Assembly (NCBI GenBank): GCA_000004985.1
Contig: GG738860.1
Origin: Naegleria gruberi
Taxonomy: Eukaryota
Reading direction: 5' to 3' (one strand)
DNA: 64,000 bases
Shown piece after piece: positions 32,162-42,515 of the stretch. Under the pieces are notes generated by a model. The model searched no databases, was not told the origin of the DNA, and saw only the letters and a program-made list of their open reading frames with translations. Within the stretch, counting starts at the first letter, position 1; every line of letters begins with the position of its first letter. Made by a program: the position numbers and the translations under genes.

Positions 32162-34941
32162 TTAATAAGTTCCTTGATACATTTCATCAATATATGTTCT
32201 GTACTTTTGAACAATATTGTTACGTTTAAGCTTGAAAGCAGCTGTTAAGAGATCGTTTTCAGGTGACCAAACATCATCAAAGACACGAATGGCCTTAATT
32301 TCTTCATATCTCTTAAGCTTGTAGGTCTTAGCCAATTCTTCCAATGATTTCAAGATGTGTTGTTGGACCTTTGGATGTTTACAAATTTCAGAGAAGGTAC
32401 CAGTAATGCCATTTTCTTCAGCAAATCTCTTGGTTGGACCTGGTTGAGCGATGACAATGGCAACAGGGAATGAACCGAAGCTGTCTCCATAGACCATGAT
32501 ACCATTTGGTGCAACGTATGGACAACCGTTATAGATACTCTCCAATCTTTCCAAAGCAATATATTCACCATGGGATAACTTGACTAAATTCTTAACACGA
32601 TCAATAATTGAAATTGTACCATCCTCATTCCTAAAAAGTTGAATTGTTGAAAAGTAAAAGGTCAAATTAGTATTCAAAAAGAAATGTAAACCTACAATTG
32701 ACCAACATCTCCTGTCAAGAAGTATCCATCTTCCATGAATGCTTCCTTTGTCTTTTCAGGTTGCTTATAGTAACCTAGGGCGACAGAGTTACCTCTGATG
32801 GCAATCTCTCCTCTTGGTACTGGGCTATCTGCCAAATAATTCAAGTGTGGAACTGAGATTAATTTGATTTCAACACATGGAACAACAACACCAGCAACAT
32901 TGGTTTGGAATTTAGCTTCTGGCATTAAAATGACCTAAAGAAATGTTAAATCTTCTCTCCACGATAAATCTTCTACTTACACCTGCAGCACTAGTCTCAG
33001 TAAGACCATATCCTTGGAAGGTACTGGCTCCAAAGCAAACTCTGAAGAATTCTTGACTTTGTTTTGAAAGTGGAGCACCTCCAGAAAGGCATCCTACCAA
33101 TCTTCCACCAGCCATACTCTTAATCTTTCTGAAAATCAAAAAGTTGAACAATGGTGTATCTCTTCCATTCTTAAGAGCATTAAGTTTACAATCATAAGCA
33201 GTCTTGAAAAGCCATTGAATGATTGGTGAACCTGCCTTAATCTTTTCAGAAACACCCTTCTTAATGGTGTCGTATCTGTATGAAAGATATAATAATAAGG
33301 ACATTAGTCGCATATAAAATCATTTCGCACAAACAATCGCAGATTTAAATTAACCAAAAAAAAGCTTGAAAACTTACACTCTTGGTACACCACAAAATAT
33401 TCTTCCGTAATAAATTGAAAAAAATGTACGAAAGATAGTTAAGCACAAATTGACAATATCAGCCACTACTTACTGAGGTGCTACAGCTTCAAGATCACCA
33501 ACAGGTCTGGCAGTCTAATTATTTGAAGTGAATTATGAAACATTGAAATGTTAATAATTATCAAAAAACACTACTTGCCTTAGTTGTAAGAGTTTTGGAG
33601 TTTCCGTATCCGATTTTTCCTGTTTTATGAATGTTGTGAAGTAAACGTGATTTGGTGTGGAATTTGGTAAATAATGATATTGTTGTAACATTTTACATTC
33701 TTTTGAATACTACTACTTACCTCCAAGACCCAAGATGTAATGTTCAGCAGCCATTTCCAAAATGTGAGAAAGTGGAAGATATCCCAAATAAGTCTAGTAT
33801 TACTGTAATGAGCAATCAATTTTAAAATGAGATACTTACTCTATTGTCACATTATTAATAATGGTGAAAAACTGAAATACTTACGGATTCTTGACGTGTG
33901 GCAAACCAAATTGCTCACGTGCACCCACGGAAATCGAAAGTATATTTTTTGCTGTTAGCATTACACCTTTTGGCTAATGATTAGAATACAAATAGATTAG
34001 ATCTGTAAATAATAATTCATAATTACCTTTGAAGTAGTTCCGGAAGTGTACATGACAACAGTCAAACTATCACCTCTTTGTTCTTCCTTAACTGGAATTG
34101 GATTTGTTTCTTGTTTTCCTAATTCTTCAACTTCTTCAAAGGACAAAACAGAAACACCATTCTTTTCCAATTCAGCAATATGCTTTTGAGTTTCTTCCTT
34201 CTTACCTTCCCAAGATGATGCATAGATGAGGTACTTTAAAGTTGGAGTATTTGGAGTAATTTGATAGGCAAGCTTTTTCAATGATGCTTCATTAACTAAC
34301 ATGGCTGGAAGTTCACATTCATTAACAGCCTCAATGAGTGATTCATCACCCAAAGTAGAGTAAACTGTCATTACAGTAATGTTGTATCTCATGCAAGCGT
34401 GGAGAGTCATTAACCATTCCTTACGAGTTTCTTCAAAGATACCAAAAAAGTCCTTAGAGTTCAAGCCAGTGAAACGTGCAATACCACGTGAAAGATTAAT
34501 AATTCTACTATAGATTTGATTGTAGGTTTCATACTTGACATCGTCAAAGTGGAAAACTTCCCAGTCCTTACCATCAAGCTTTTCAACAGACTTATTCTTG
34601 AAAGTACGACTACCAAGCATTGGCAAATCACCAAATTGTTTAACAACATGATCCAACAGTCCGTTGAGTGTAGTTACACCAGGAACTGGAGTGCTAATTA
34701 ATTCCTTTTCATAGCCAACTCTTCTGATTGGCTTTGTTTCTTCACCAGGTTTATAGTTTGGATCATCGACTTGAACAGTATAGGATTTCAAGTGATCAAA
34801 TCTTCCTCTCAAGTCAGCAGGTAAGAAATCCTTACCAAACAAGATTCTAAAGATGATGTAGCAGAAGCGATCCACCAAAGACAAGATGAAGGCGATAATT
34901 TTCAACAGAAGTGATTTTATCATTTTTTTTTGAAAGTTCAT
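32162..34941 (-). CDS. Long-chain-fatty-acid--CoA ligase (ACSL3/4 or Faa1-like acyl-CoA synthetase); about 9 exons
   Basis: Approximate exons on the minus strand (boundaries may be off by 1-2 nt): 34941..34027 (...MYTSGTTSK | GTAATT), 33973..33885 (PKGVMLTAKNILS...GLPHVKN), 33793..33721 (TYLGYLPLSHILEMAAEHYILGLG), 33619..33579 (KIGYGNSKTLTTK | GCAAGT donor), 33514..33474, 33401..33378, 33275..32981 (...MAGGRLVGCLSGGAPLSKQSQEFF...GYGLTETSAAG), 32934..32696 (VILMPEAKFQ...PRGEIAIRGNSVALGYYK...FLTGDVGQ), 32630..32162 (NEDGTISIIDRVKNLVKLSHGEYIALE...LLTAAFKLKRNNIVQKYRTYIDEMYQGTY*). Matches ACSL4 block by block. One exon-exon junction has a frame problem, reported as a finding. Confidence 0.8.
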
Positions 34942-35661
34942 TTACTCAATTTTCCTGTTACCCCTATGTGAAAGCAAACAAGATTTGAAAGAGAGACAAG
35001 ATTTGTCAAGTCATTGTAAAGCCTCGTCCAATGATCCTCGCCATTGATTATCCAATAAATTAGCAGCAAAGGAAAAACCTTTTTGAAAACAGATAATCCC
35101 ATGTCCAGCATGGTTCAAAAATGGTGGTACTGGAAAGATGAAAAATGCATTGGTTCAATGATTACAAACGTATTATTGAAACATCTTCATGGTTGAGAGG
35201 TTCCATCCGCAATCTTCTCTAAAACCAAATTAAGATTGGACAGGCATTTCACCAACTACAGTTTTCCCTCGATCACCAAGTTTATTAAACGACCTTAGAT
35301 TCTGTCTTGATAGTGATTGATTTCTTTTAATGAATAGATCATGAAAAATGGTTTTTCACGATTACAAATTGATTCCCACAAAAGAAAATATCATGATGCA
35401 TTTAAATAATGTACAACCCAACAATCACTACAGCATTTGAAATCCTATCACTTGTTACAACTTTCAACTCTTATTGAGAAAAGTGACAAACATTCCGATT
35501 TGGCAATATTGAATGAACACAACATTGCAAGTGATAAATTATTCAGATAGCCTTTTTTTCATCAAGGCTTGTTAAAAAGAGGCAATCTTTCATTGACTGA
35601 TTAGGACAACTCAGAGTTGAATAATCTCGAATCAAAAAAACAACACAACACACAACATAAG

Positions 35662-36345
35662 ATGAAAGAGAAAGGGAGAAGTGATGATCAGTCTATTGAA
35701 TCGGAATCAAGCCTTACTTTGAGTGATCGTTTTCATCCCTACAAGAAGAAACAACAGATGACCACCTCTCCTCCTATTCCTTCAAGGCAACTGAACACAA
35801 GTAACAATAGGAGAGTGGAACGATCTCTGATGAATACTCAGAGGATATTTGCATCAACAAGTGATGAGTCAACAGCCTCTTCTTCTCTTCATTTGGAGAA
35901 TTTCAAAAAGGCTATTCACACCACCTACTCTTCATCATCGAGTCAAGAAGAAGTTGTAGAAGCAAAGAATAGATGTATCGAGTTAGACATTTCAAAGGAT
36001 ATCAACCTAGTTAGAGAAGAGGATTTTGAATTTTTGGATAATATTGATTTTTCAGATTGTTTAGAATTAGAAATATTCGATTTTGACCAAAGCAGCTTTA
36101 GTATCAACAAGGCTACATCATTGGATGGTGTAAGCACGAGTTGTCAATCTTCACCAGATATCTTTCTAAAGCCTCGATGTAAAGAACCATCAATTGAGTG
36201 GGATAATCATGATGATGATGACTTGTTTCAAATCATCACACCAACTAGTACTAGTCCTTCCAATAGGGAAATAAGCACATTAGAACTCTTACTTGAAACA
36301 CCTTTGGAAAATCTATTGTATCATAATATAGATAATAACGAATGA
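35662..36345 (+). CDS. Ser-rich, acidic hypothetical protein (about 227 aa)
   Basis: ORF 35617..36345 whose first ATG is at 35662 (MKEKGRSDDQSIESESS...). Acidic C-terminal half (DFEFLDNIDFSDCLELEIFDFDQ). No recognisable domain. Confidence 0.45.
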   Translation: MKEKGRSDDQSIESESSLTLSDRFHPYKKKQQMTTSPPIPSRQLNTSNNRRVERSLMNTQRIFASTSDESTASSSLHLENFKKAIHTTYSSSSSQEEVVEAKNRCIELDISKDINLVREEDFEFLDNIDFSDCLELEIFDFDQSSFSINKATSLDGVSTSCQSSPDIFLKPRCKEPSIEWDNHDDDDLFQIITPTSTSPSNREISTLELLLETPLENLLYHNIDNNE

Positions 36346-36439
36346 AAATAAAGCAATTCTCTTCAATTAAATATTTTAAATAATATATTAATTCAAATTA
36401 TTTTAGAAATTAAAATTGAAAATAATTCAATCAAAAAAA

Positions 36440-36664
36440 ATGGTCACAAAAAGAGATATCCTCTCCCTCTACCGAAGGATTTTAAAAACCGGAAATGAAA
36501 CAATCAGATTTACCAACAAGGAATACTTCAAAAGAAGAGTAAGAGAAGAATTTGAAATGGCTGAAGAAATTGTCGGAGATAAGAAACAAAGAGATTTAAT
36601 TAGAGACAAAATGTATGGCAAAGGAGTTGAATTTTTGGAAAAGAAAATTGGTGGAATTATTTAA
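36440..36664 (+). CDS. LYR-motif (Complex1_LYR) family small mitochondrial protein (74 aa)
   Basis: MVTKRDILSLYRRILKTGNETIRFTNKEYFKRRVREEFE... carries the L-Y-R tripeptide plus downstream F, typical of LYRM proteins. ATG at 36440, 94 nt downstream of the preceding gene on the same strand. Confidence 0.55.
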   Translation: MVTKRDILSLYRRILKTGNETIRFTNKEYFKRRVREEFEMAEEIVGDKKQRDLIRDKMYGKGVEFLEKKIGGII

Positions 36665-36722
36665 ATTATATTTGTGATGATGAGAAAATGGTTAAAACAT
36701 GTTTTACAAGTGTTTTAGATTT

Positions 36723-38489
36723 TTACTTTCTCTTTTTTGAAGATCTTTGAGAGTTATCTGAAGAATCGGAACTTCTCTTCTTGTCTTGTTTCGTTTTCAA
36801 TAAACCTTTGGTTGGTGAAAATGTTAAATCGACTGGTAAACTTGGAACAATATCCTTCTTATTGAAAGTTTTAACTTGATTCTTTTCGAGGTCAATTATA
36901 ACCTTCTTCTTTTCTTGTTTTTCTTCAGAAGAGGTAGCAGTACTTGTGATTGGCTTCTTGTCCTTGAGCAGCTTTTTCACGGATTTCACCTTACTTAACA
37001 ATTGATTACGTTTCTTTTCTTCAGCAGCAGCTTCTTCTCTTTCCTTTTGTTCCTTTTCTAATTGAACTTTCTTTTCTTGTTCCAATCTTTCTTGTTCTAA
37101 TTTTTCTTGCTTTTTCTTTTCCTCTTCTTCCTTCTTCTTTTGTTCGGTTGCCTTACTATTATCCTTCTTTTGTTTCTTTTCTTGTGGCGTTGTTTCTACT
37201 TTCTTTTCAGTTTGTTTCTTTTCAGGTTGTTGCTTCTTTTCTTGTGGTTTCTTATTTTCATTAACTTGTTGAGCTTTCTTTTCTTGTTGTTTCTTCTTCC
37301 TTTCAATCTTAGCTTGTTCTTTTTGAGATACAGTAGTTTCAACTTCTTCCAATTCAGAATATAAATCATCGAGAGTAATAATTCTAGTCTTGAATTTTTC
37401 ATAGTATTCAACACAGACATCCGAGTTTTCATATCCAGTCTTGTATTTTTCGAATTCCTTGACAATACGTTCGATATTGACAGGTAAAGGTCTATCTTTA
37501 ACAATTTGTCTGACATTACCAAATTCATCAAGTGGTAAATCTTCATCATCATCTTCATCATCTTCCATAGCATCTCCATTTTCTTCGGTTTCTTCCTCCT
37601 CTTCCTCTTCTTCAGGTTTACTTTCACCTTCAACTGATTGATATTGAGCAAGTAAATCGAACATTTCTTCCTTGTATGTCTTTTTGATACTGTTATTTTC
37701 TGTAGAGGCAAAATCTTTGATGAAGAATTGGACGAATTTCATCAATGCATCTTCATTGAGATGATAGTCAGAATCATTTTCAACTTGAGGACCACCATAT
37801 TGAACCAATTCCAAGAAGAATAATTCTGCAATGTGAATTTGCAAAGATGCTAATAATTTACGTTCCTCATTATTGAAAATACCATCTTCTAAAATGAATT
37901 CAATAAATTCCTCAACTGCTTCTAGTTTGTATTGAGCTGTCTTGTTCAAAAACACGAATGCTTGTTGCATTACTTTTCTCACTAACATTAAATATTTGTC
38001 CATTCTGTGTTTGTCAAGTCTTGGCCATGTTTCAAAGAGTTCATCAAAGAAAGCTCTCAAAAAGGCAATAGGTAATTCGTGTGGAGATGATTCGCCTCCC
38101 TTCACGTGGTGAATACATTCTGCCAAGAGTTGAGCCATTTCGTGTTGTTTAAATTCACCATCACACAGCCAAAATCCGTACAATGCACCTTTCCACAATT
38201 TTCTAAAATCAATAAAATTAGTATCAAGATCCAACTTGTTGAATTTAGTTTCCTTCAAAAATGTTGGGAATCTTTCGGCAGCTCTTGTTCTAAAACCTTC
38301 ATCGGTAGCAGCAAGATCCTTGGTGAGTTTTACTACATTTTCTCTATGGATTTTTAATTGTTCCTCTGTGAATGTATTTTCCTCAACTTTGGATTCCGAT
38401 TTGCTTATCTTCTTTTGTTTGTTGTTACCATTAGTGTTATTATTGGCTTGTTTATTGTTGTTGTTATTAGCTTTTGACTTTTTACCCAT
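36723..38489 (-). CDS. Nucleolar Nop52 / RRP1-like rRNA-processing protein with a long K/E-rich charged tail (588 aa)
   Basis: The N-terminal block ...FRKLWKGALYGFWLCDGEFKQHEMAQLLAECIHH...FLRAFFDELFETWPRLDKHRMDKYLMLVRKVM resembles the Nop52 domain (LFKGLFYCMWMSDKPLxQxELA...). It is followed by an acidic stretch (EEEEEEETEENGDAMEDDEDDDEDL) and a KKQQEKK/EKKKQEK repeat tail (nt about 36990-37330). Confidence 0.6.
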   Translation of the reverse strand: MGKKSKANNNNNKQANNNTNGNNKQKKISKSESKVEENTFTEEQLKIHRENVVKLTKDLAATDEGFRTRAAERFPTFLKETKFNKLDLDTNFIDFRKLWKGALYGFWLCDGEFKQHEMAQLLAECIHHVKGGESSPHELPIAFLRAFFDELFETWPRLDKHRMDKYLMLVRKVMQQAFVFLNKTAQYKLEAVEEFIEFILEDGIFNNEERKLLASLQIHIAELFFLELVQYGGPQVENDSDYHLNEDALMKFVQFFIKDFASTENNSIKKTYKEEMFDLLAQYQSVEGESKPEEEEEEEETEENGDAMEDDEDDDEDLPLDEFGNVRQIVKDRPLPVNIERIVKEFEKYKTGYENSDVCVEYYEKFKTRIITLDDLYSELEEVETTVSQKEQAKIERKKKQQEKKAQQVNENKKPQEKKQQPEKKQTEKKVETTPQEKKQKKDNSKATEQKKKEEEEKKKQEKLEQERLEQEKKVQLEKEQKEREEAAAEEKKRNQLLSKVKSVKKLLKDKKPITSTATSSEEKQEKKKVIIDLEKNQVKTFNKKDIVPSLPVDLTFSPTKGLLKTKQDKKRSSDSSDNSQRSSKKRK

Positions 38490-38855
38490 TTTTTATGCTC
38501 GAACATCATCAACAAATTATTGCAATAATTTTACTTCCTCATTTTTATCAAATTACTTCATCACAATAATTCTGTATCGGAATTTGTGTACTTCAACATT
38601 CACCAAAGGAAATTAGTTGAGTCTATTTGTTATTTCAATGAAACAAAATAGTAATAATAAATACATTTGTTTTCTTGTGATTGGTAGAAGCTATTAATAT
38701 CAACCAATTAAATGTTAAAGAATTCTATTCCAAAGAACACCGCATTCAATAAGAGCTGGCAATTTGCTTGAGCGGCAAACTTTGAAAATTAGCGCCAAAA
38801 AAATTGCAAAAAAAAAATAACACAACAAATAACTTTATAACCCACGAGTAAAAAG
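38490..38855. promoter_or_regulatory. Putative bidirectional promoter region between the divergent Nop52-like and importin-beta genes
   Basis: A 366-bp AT-rich spacer separates the divergent start codons at 38489 (-) and 38856 (+). Contains an A/T homopolymer (aaaaaaattgcaaaaaaaaaataa). Confidence 0.3.
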
Positions 38856-41597
38856 ATGAACATTCAGGATTTCAGAAACTTGATGGATGTGCTCTCGTCC
38901 AACGATAATCAAGTTCGTCAAAACGCTGAAACCCATCTTGCCAATCTTAAGAATAATGACTTGGTATGTTTTTCATTTAATTGTTTTTATTAATCATTTT
39001 AACGTATTTTATTCTCCTCATCACCAACAATAATTTTTCTAGCCTAAATTTATGATTCTGTTAGTAACAGAACTTGCTGATGAAGCTAGACCAAACCATC
39101 TCAGACAATTGGCCGGTCTCCAACTTAAGAACCTTTTAGAATCCAAAGACTCACAAACAAAACATGCTTTAGAACAACAATGGTCCAGACAAGACGAAGA
39201 AACCAAAAATCAAATTAGAAATCAAGTTTTAGTAACACTCCACTCCACATCACAAGAAGCTAGAAAGACTGCTGCTCAAGTCCTCGCCGAATTTGCTTCT
39301 GTAGACTTGGTGCACAATCAATGGCTGAATGTTATTGAAACTGTCCTTAAAAACATTACCGAACCTTCTACACCTTTTGGTATTCAATCTAGCTTGATGG
39401 CCATTGGTTATCTGTGTGATATGTGTAGAGCCCCAGTTTTAAAGCACCAAACAAACCAAATTCTTACAGCTGTTATTCAAGGTATGAGAGAATCAGCAAA
39501 CAACGATATCAAATTTGCTGCCACACAAGCCTTGTTGAATTGTCTTGTTTTTGTTGAAGAAAACTTTTCAAGAGATGTAAGTATTATTATTATTTGAATC
39601 TTATTAATTCTAACTTTATATAGTCTGAAAGAGATTATATTATGCAAACCGTATGTGCATCAACCCAACTTCCAGACCCAAGAATTAGAGAAGTCGCTTT
39701 TGAATGTTTAGTTAAAATCGGATATTTGTACTATGATAAATTGTCACCATACATGGAAGCCATTTTTGGTGTAAGTAGTAATACTATTTTAACAAATTGA
39801 TATTAATTTATTAAAATATAGATCACAACCAAGGCTTTAACTGACCCTAATGAACAACAAGAAGTCCAATTACAAGCTATTGAATTCTGGACATCATTGG
39901 CTGAAACTGAAGCAATTATTCGTGAAGAAATTGATACTGCAATGGAAAATGATACCGAACCAATTAGACAAAGTTTCAATATTATTCTCCAAGCTCTTGC
40001 ACCATTAGTTGAACTTATGACTAAATGTCTTACAAGACAAGAAGAATATCAAGAAGATGGTGATATGTGTGTCAGTAATTATGCTTCAAATTGTATTGCT
40101 GCTATGGCCACTGTTGCTCAAGAAACAATTGTTGACCAAATTATGCCATTCGTTTCATCAAATATTAATAATCCAGATTGGCACTTTAAGGAAGCTGCTA
40201 CTTTGGCATTTTCTGCAATTTTGGATGGTCCAAGAAGAGGTGAAAGAATGAATGAACTTATCAACTCTGCCCTTCCATTCATTATGAGTCATGTTAATGA
40301 TGCAAACACTCTTGTCAAAGATACTTCAGTTTTTGCTCTTGGTAGAATTGCTGAATTCCATCCAGATCCATTGGTTGAAAATCATTTGGAAAATGTCCTC
40401 AAGACTCTTACAATTGCCTTCCAAGATGAAGCTCGTATTTGTAGTAAGGCTTGTTGGACTATTTTGCACATTGCAGAAGCTTTCTCAACTGATGATGATA
40501 GAGCTTCTTATCCACTTTCACAATACTTTAAGATTTTGGCTGAAATGCTCTTACAAGCTACTCTTAGACAAGATGCTTCTGAAAGCAATTTGAGAATCAA
40601 TGCTTATGAAGCTTTATCTGCTCTTGTTCACAGTGCTGCTAGAGATACCTATGAAATTTTGTCACACATTGTTGTTGAATTGTTGAATAGACTTGAACAA
40701 ACTCTTAACCACAGCCAAACTGAAGAAATCTGCTTGATTCAAGGTTTGATGTGTGGTGCTCTTCAAGTTTCTGCTAGAAAGCTCGAATTTAGAATTGTTC
40801 CAACTGCTGATAGAATCATGACCTTCTTGTTGAGAATCTTTGAATCTAAAAGCGCTAATGTTCATGAAGAAGCCTTCCTTGCTGTTGGTGCTGTCGCTGC
40901 TGCCCTTTCTAATGAATTCGACAGATATATGCCTCACTTTTTACCATTCTTATTGACTGGTTTGCAAACATTCCAATACGAACAAATCTGTCTTATCTGT
41001 GTCAACGTTATTGGTGATTTATGTATTGCTTTGAGAGACAAGCTTGCTTCTTATACTGATGCAATCATGGAAGTTCTTTTGAAGAATTTGCAAAACTCTG
41101 AATTGCAAAGAGATGTCAAACCAAACATTATTGCCTCTTTTGGTGATATTGCTCTTGCCATTGGTGTCAGATTTGAAAAATACATGAATTATGTTGGTAC
41201 TGTTTTGAGACAAGCTTGTGAAGCTCATGTTGATGCCACCAACGATGAAATGATTGATTATCTTAATCTTTTGAGAGAAAATATTTTCGAAGCCTATGTT
41301 GGTATTTTACTTGGCTTCAAGAAGGAAAATCCACAACTCTTTATTCCATATGTTGAATCAGTGTTAACCTTTGTCAAGATTGTCTATGAAGATCAAAATA
41401 CTGACCAACCTGTTTTCAATGCTGCTGTTTCTATCGTTAGTGACTTGGCTAATGTTTACGGTGTTGCCATCAAAGGTCCTATGCAACAAGAATTTATTAG
41501 AAATCTTGTCGAAGATGCAGTCAATTCAGCTGAATCAGAGACAAGAAAGATTGGTAATAAGGCTAAGAAGAACTTGAAGAAGATTACTCTCCTCTAA
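38856..41597 (+). CDS. Importin subunit beta-1 (karyopherin beta); 4 exons, 854 aa
   Basis: Exons 38856..38963 (MNIQDFRNLMDVLSSNDNQVRQNAETHLANLKNNDL | GTATGT), 39043..39576 (PKFMILLVTELADEARPNHLRQLAGLQLKNLL...), 39624..39770, 39822..41597. Introns of 79, 47 and 51 nt, all GT..AG and phase 0. Frames agree with ORF-track ORFs 39052.. and 39897... HEAT-repeat protein with a typical importin-beta N-terminus. Confidence 0.9.
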
Positions 41598-41912
41598 ACT
41601 AGTCCATAACAGTGTTTCCACTCCACCCAAATAAGGAGGCACAACAACCTCCAAACCACTCCACCACACTTAACACAAACACATCCACAATCAAAATGGC
41701 ATACTCAATTCGGTCAGATGATGCCTCTAATCCCCCCTCGCCTTTGAATAATTTATAAGTTATACCACCATCCATGTCCCAATCCATTCCATCCACTAAA
41801 CTATCACCACCAAATAATAGTCAAATTATTAAAATAATAACTTGACAGAGCACTCAAATAAACACCACATCCACACATTAAATCATACATCAAAACCATA
41901 CTATTTACACAA

Positions 41913-42485
41913 TTATAATTTATTGACCACACAGTCAATCAATTGAGCCATAACAAGTCTCCCTACTTTGGGCTCTTTCAGTCTTGACAGAAACTCCTTG
42001 GAAAATGCAATACACAATACTAGAGGTTTTTCCAAAACTTGTGTTGGCATTGGAGGTTCCATCATTCCAAATGCTGGTTTGACTGGTTTTGGTTGATACA
42101 AATCTTCAATTAATTTTCTAGCAAATATTGTTTCAATATCAAGGTAAGTCTCTCCCATTGGATGATCCAAAGAAGGAGCTCTTTTTCCAAATAATGTTCT
42201 AATTGAATAGGTAGGTTCAGGTATGTGATCATAATCATCCAGTGGCTCTTCCATAGTGTTGGAAATTGTCATTGTTAGTGCTGATGCATCCTTTTCAGCT
42301 TTAATTACAGTTCCGATCAAGGAATCTAATTGCGAAATTAAAAATACAATTTTATCAGCAAAGACCATTCTTACTACTTCTGTTTTATAGTTAGAATCAA
42401 TACTAAAAGCCTTGTTGATCACATGAATCGGAAATAATCTTTGATCTTGTGCTGATGATATTTCGTGAAGATAATCTGTTGACAT
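41913..42485 (-). CDS. Hypothetical small protein (190 aa), no confident family assignment
   Basis: Intact ORF starting MSTDYLHEISSAQDQRLFPIHVINKAFSIDSNYKTEVVRMVFADKIVFLISQLDSLIGTVIKAEKD... with compact globular composition. Function unknown. Confidence 0.45.
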   Translation of the reverse strand: MSTDYLHEISSAQDQRLFPIHVINKAFSIDSNYKTEVVRMVFADKIVFLISQLDSLIGTVIKAEKDASALTMTISNTMEEPLDDYDHIPEPTYSIRTLFGKRAPSLDHPMGETYLDIETIFARKLIEDLYQPKPVKPAFGMMEPPMPTQVLEKPLVLCIAFSKEFLSRLKEPKVGRLVMAQLIDCVVNKL

Positions 42486-42515
42486 TTTTTCAAAATAATA
42501 TTTAATTTCAAAAAA

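Noticed and set aside
33625-33819. ORF-track frame NTRLIWDIFHFLTFWKWLL in the acyl-CoA synthetase region
   Set aside because: The overlapping alternative frame encodes the universally conserved TYLGYLPLSHILE motif of acyl-CoA synthetases, so the ORF-track frame is the wrong frame of exon 3.
37107-37711. ORFs on both strands inside 37107-37711 (Leu/Phe-rich + strand and Lys-rich - strand)
   Set aside because: They are artefacts of the AAG/GAA-rich K/E tail of the Nop52-like gene, which is open in several frames. Only the frame continuous with the Nop52 domain is credible.
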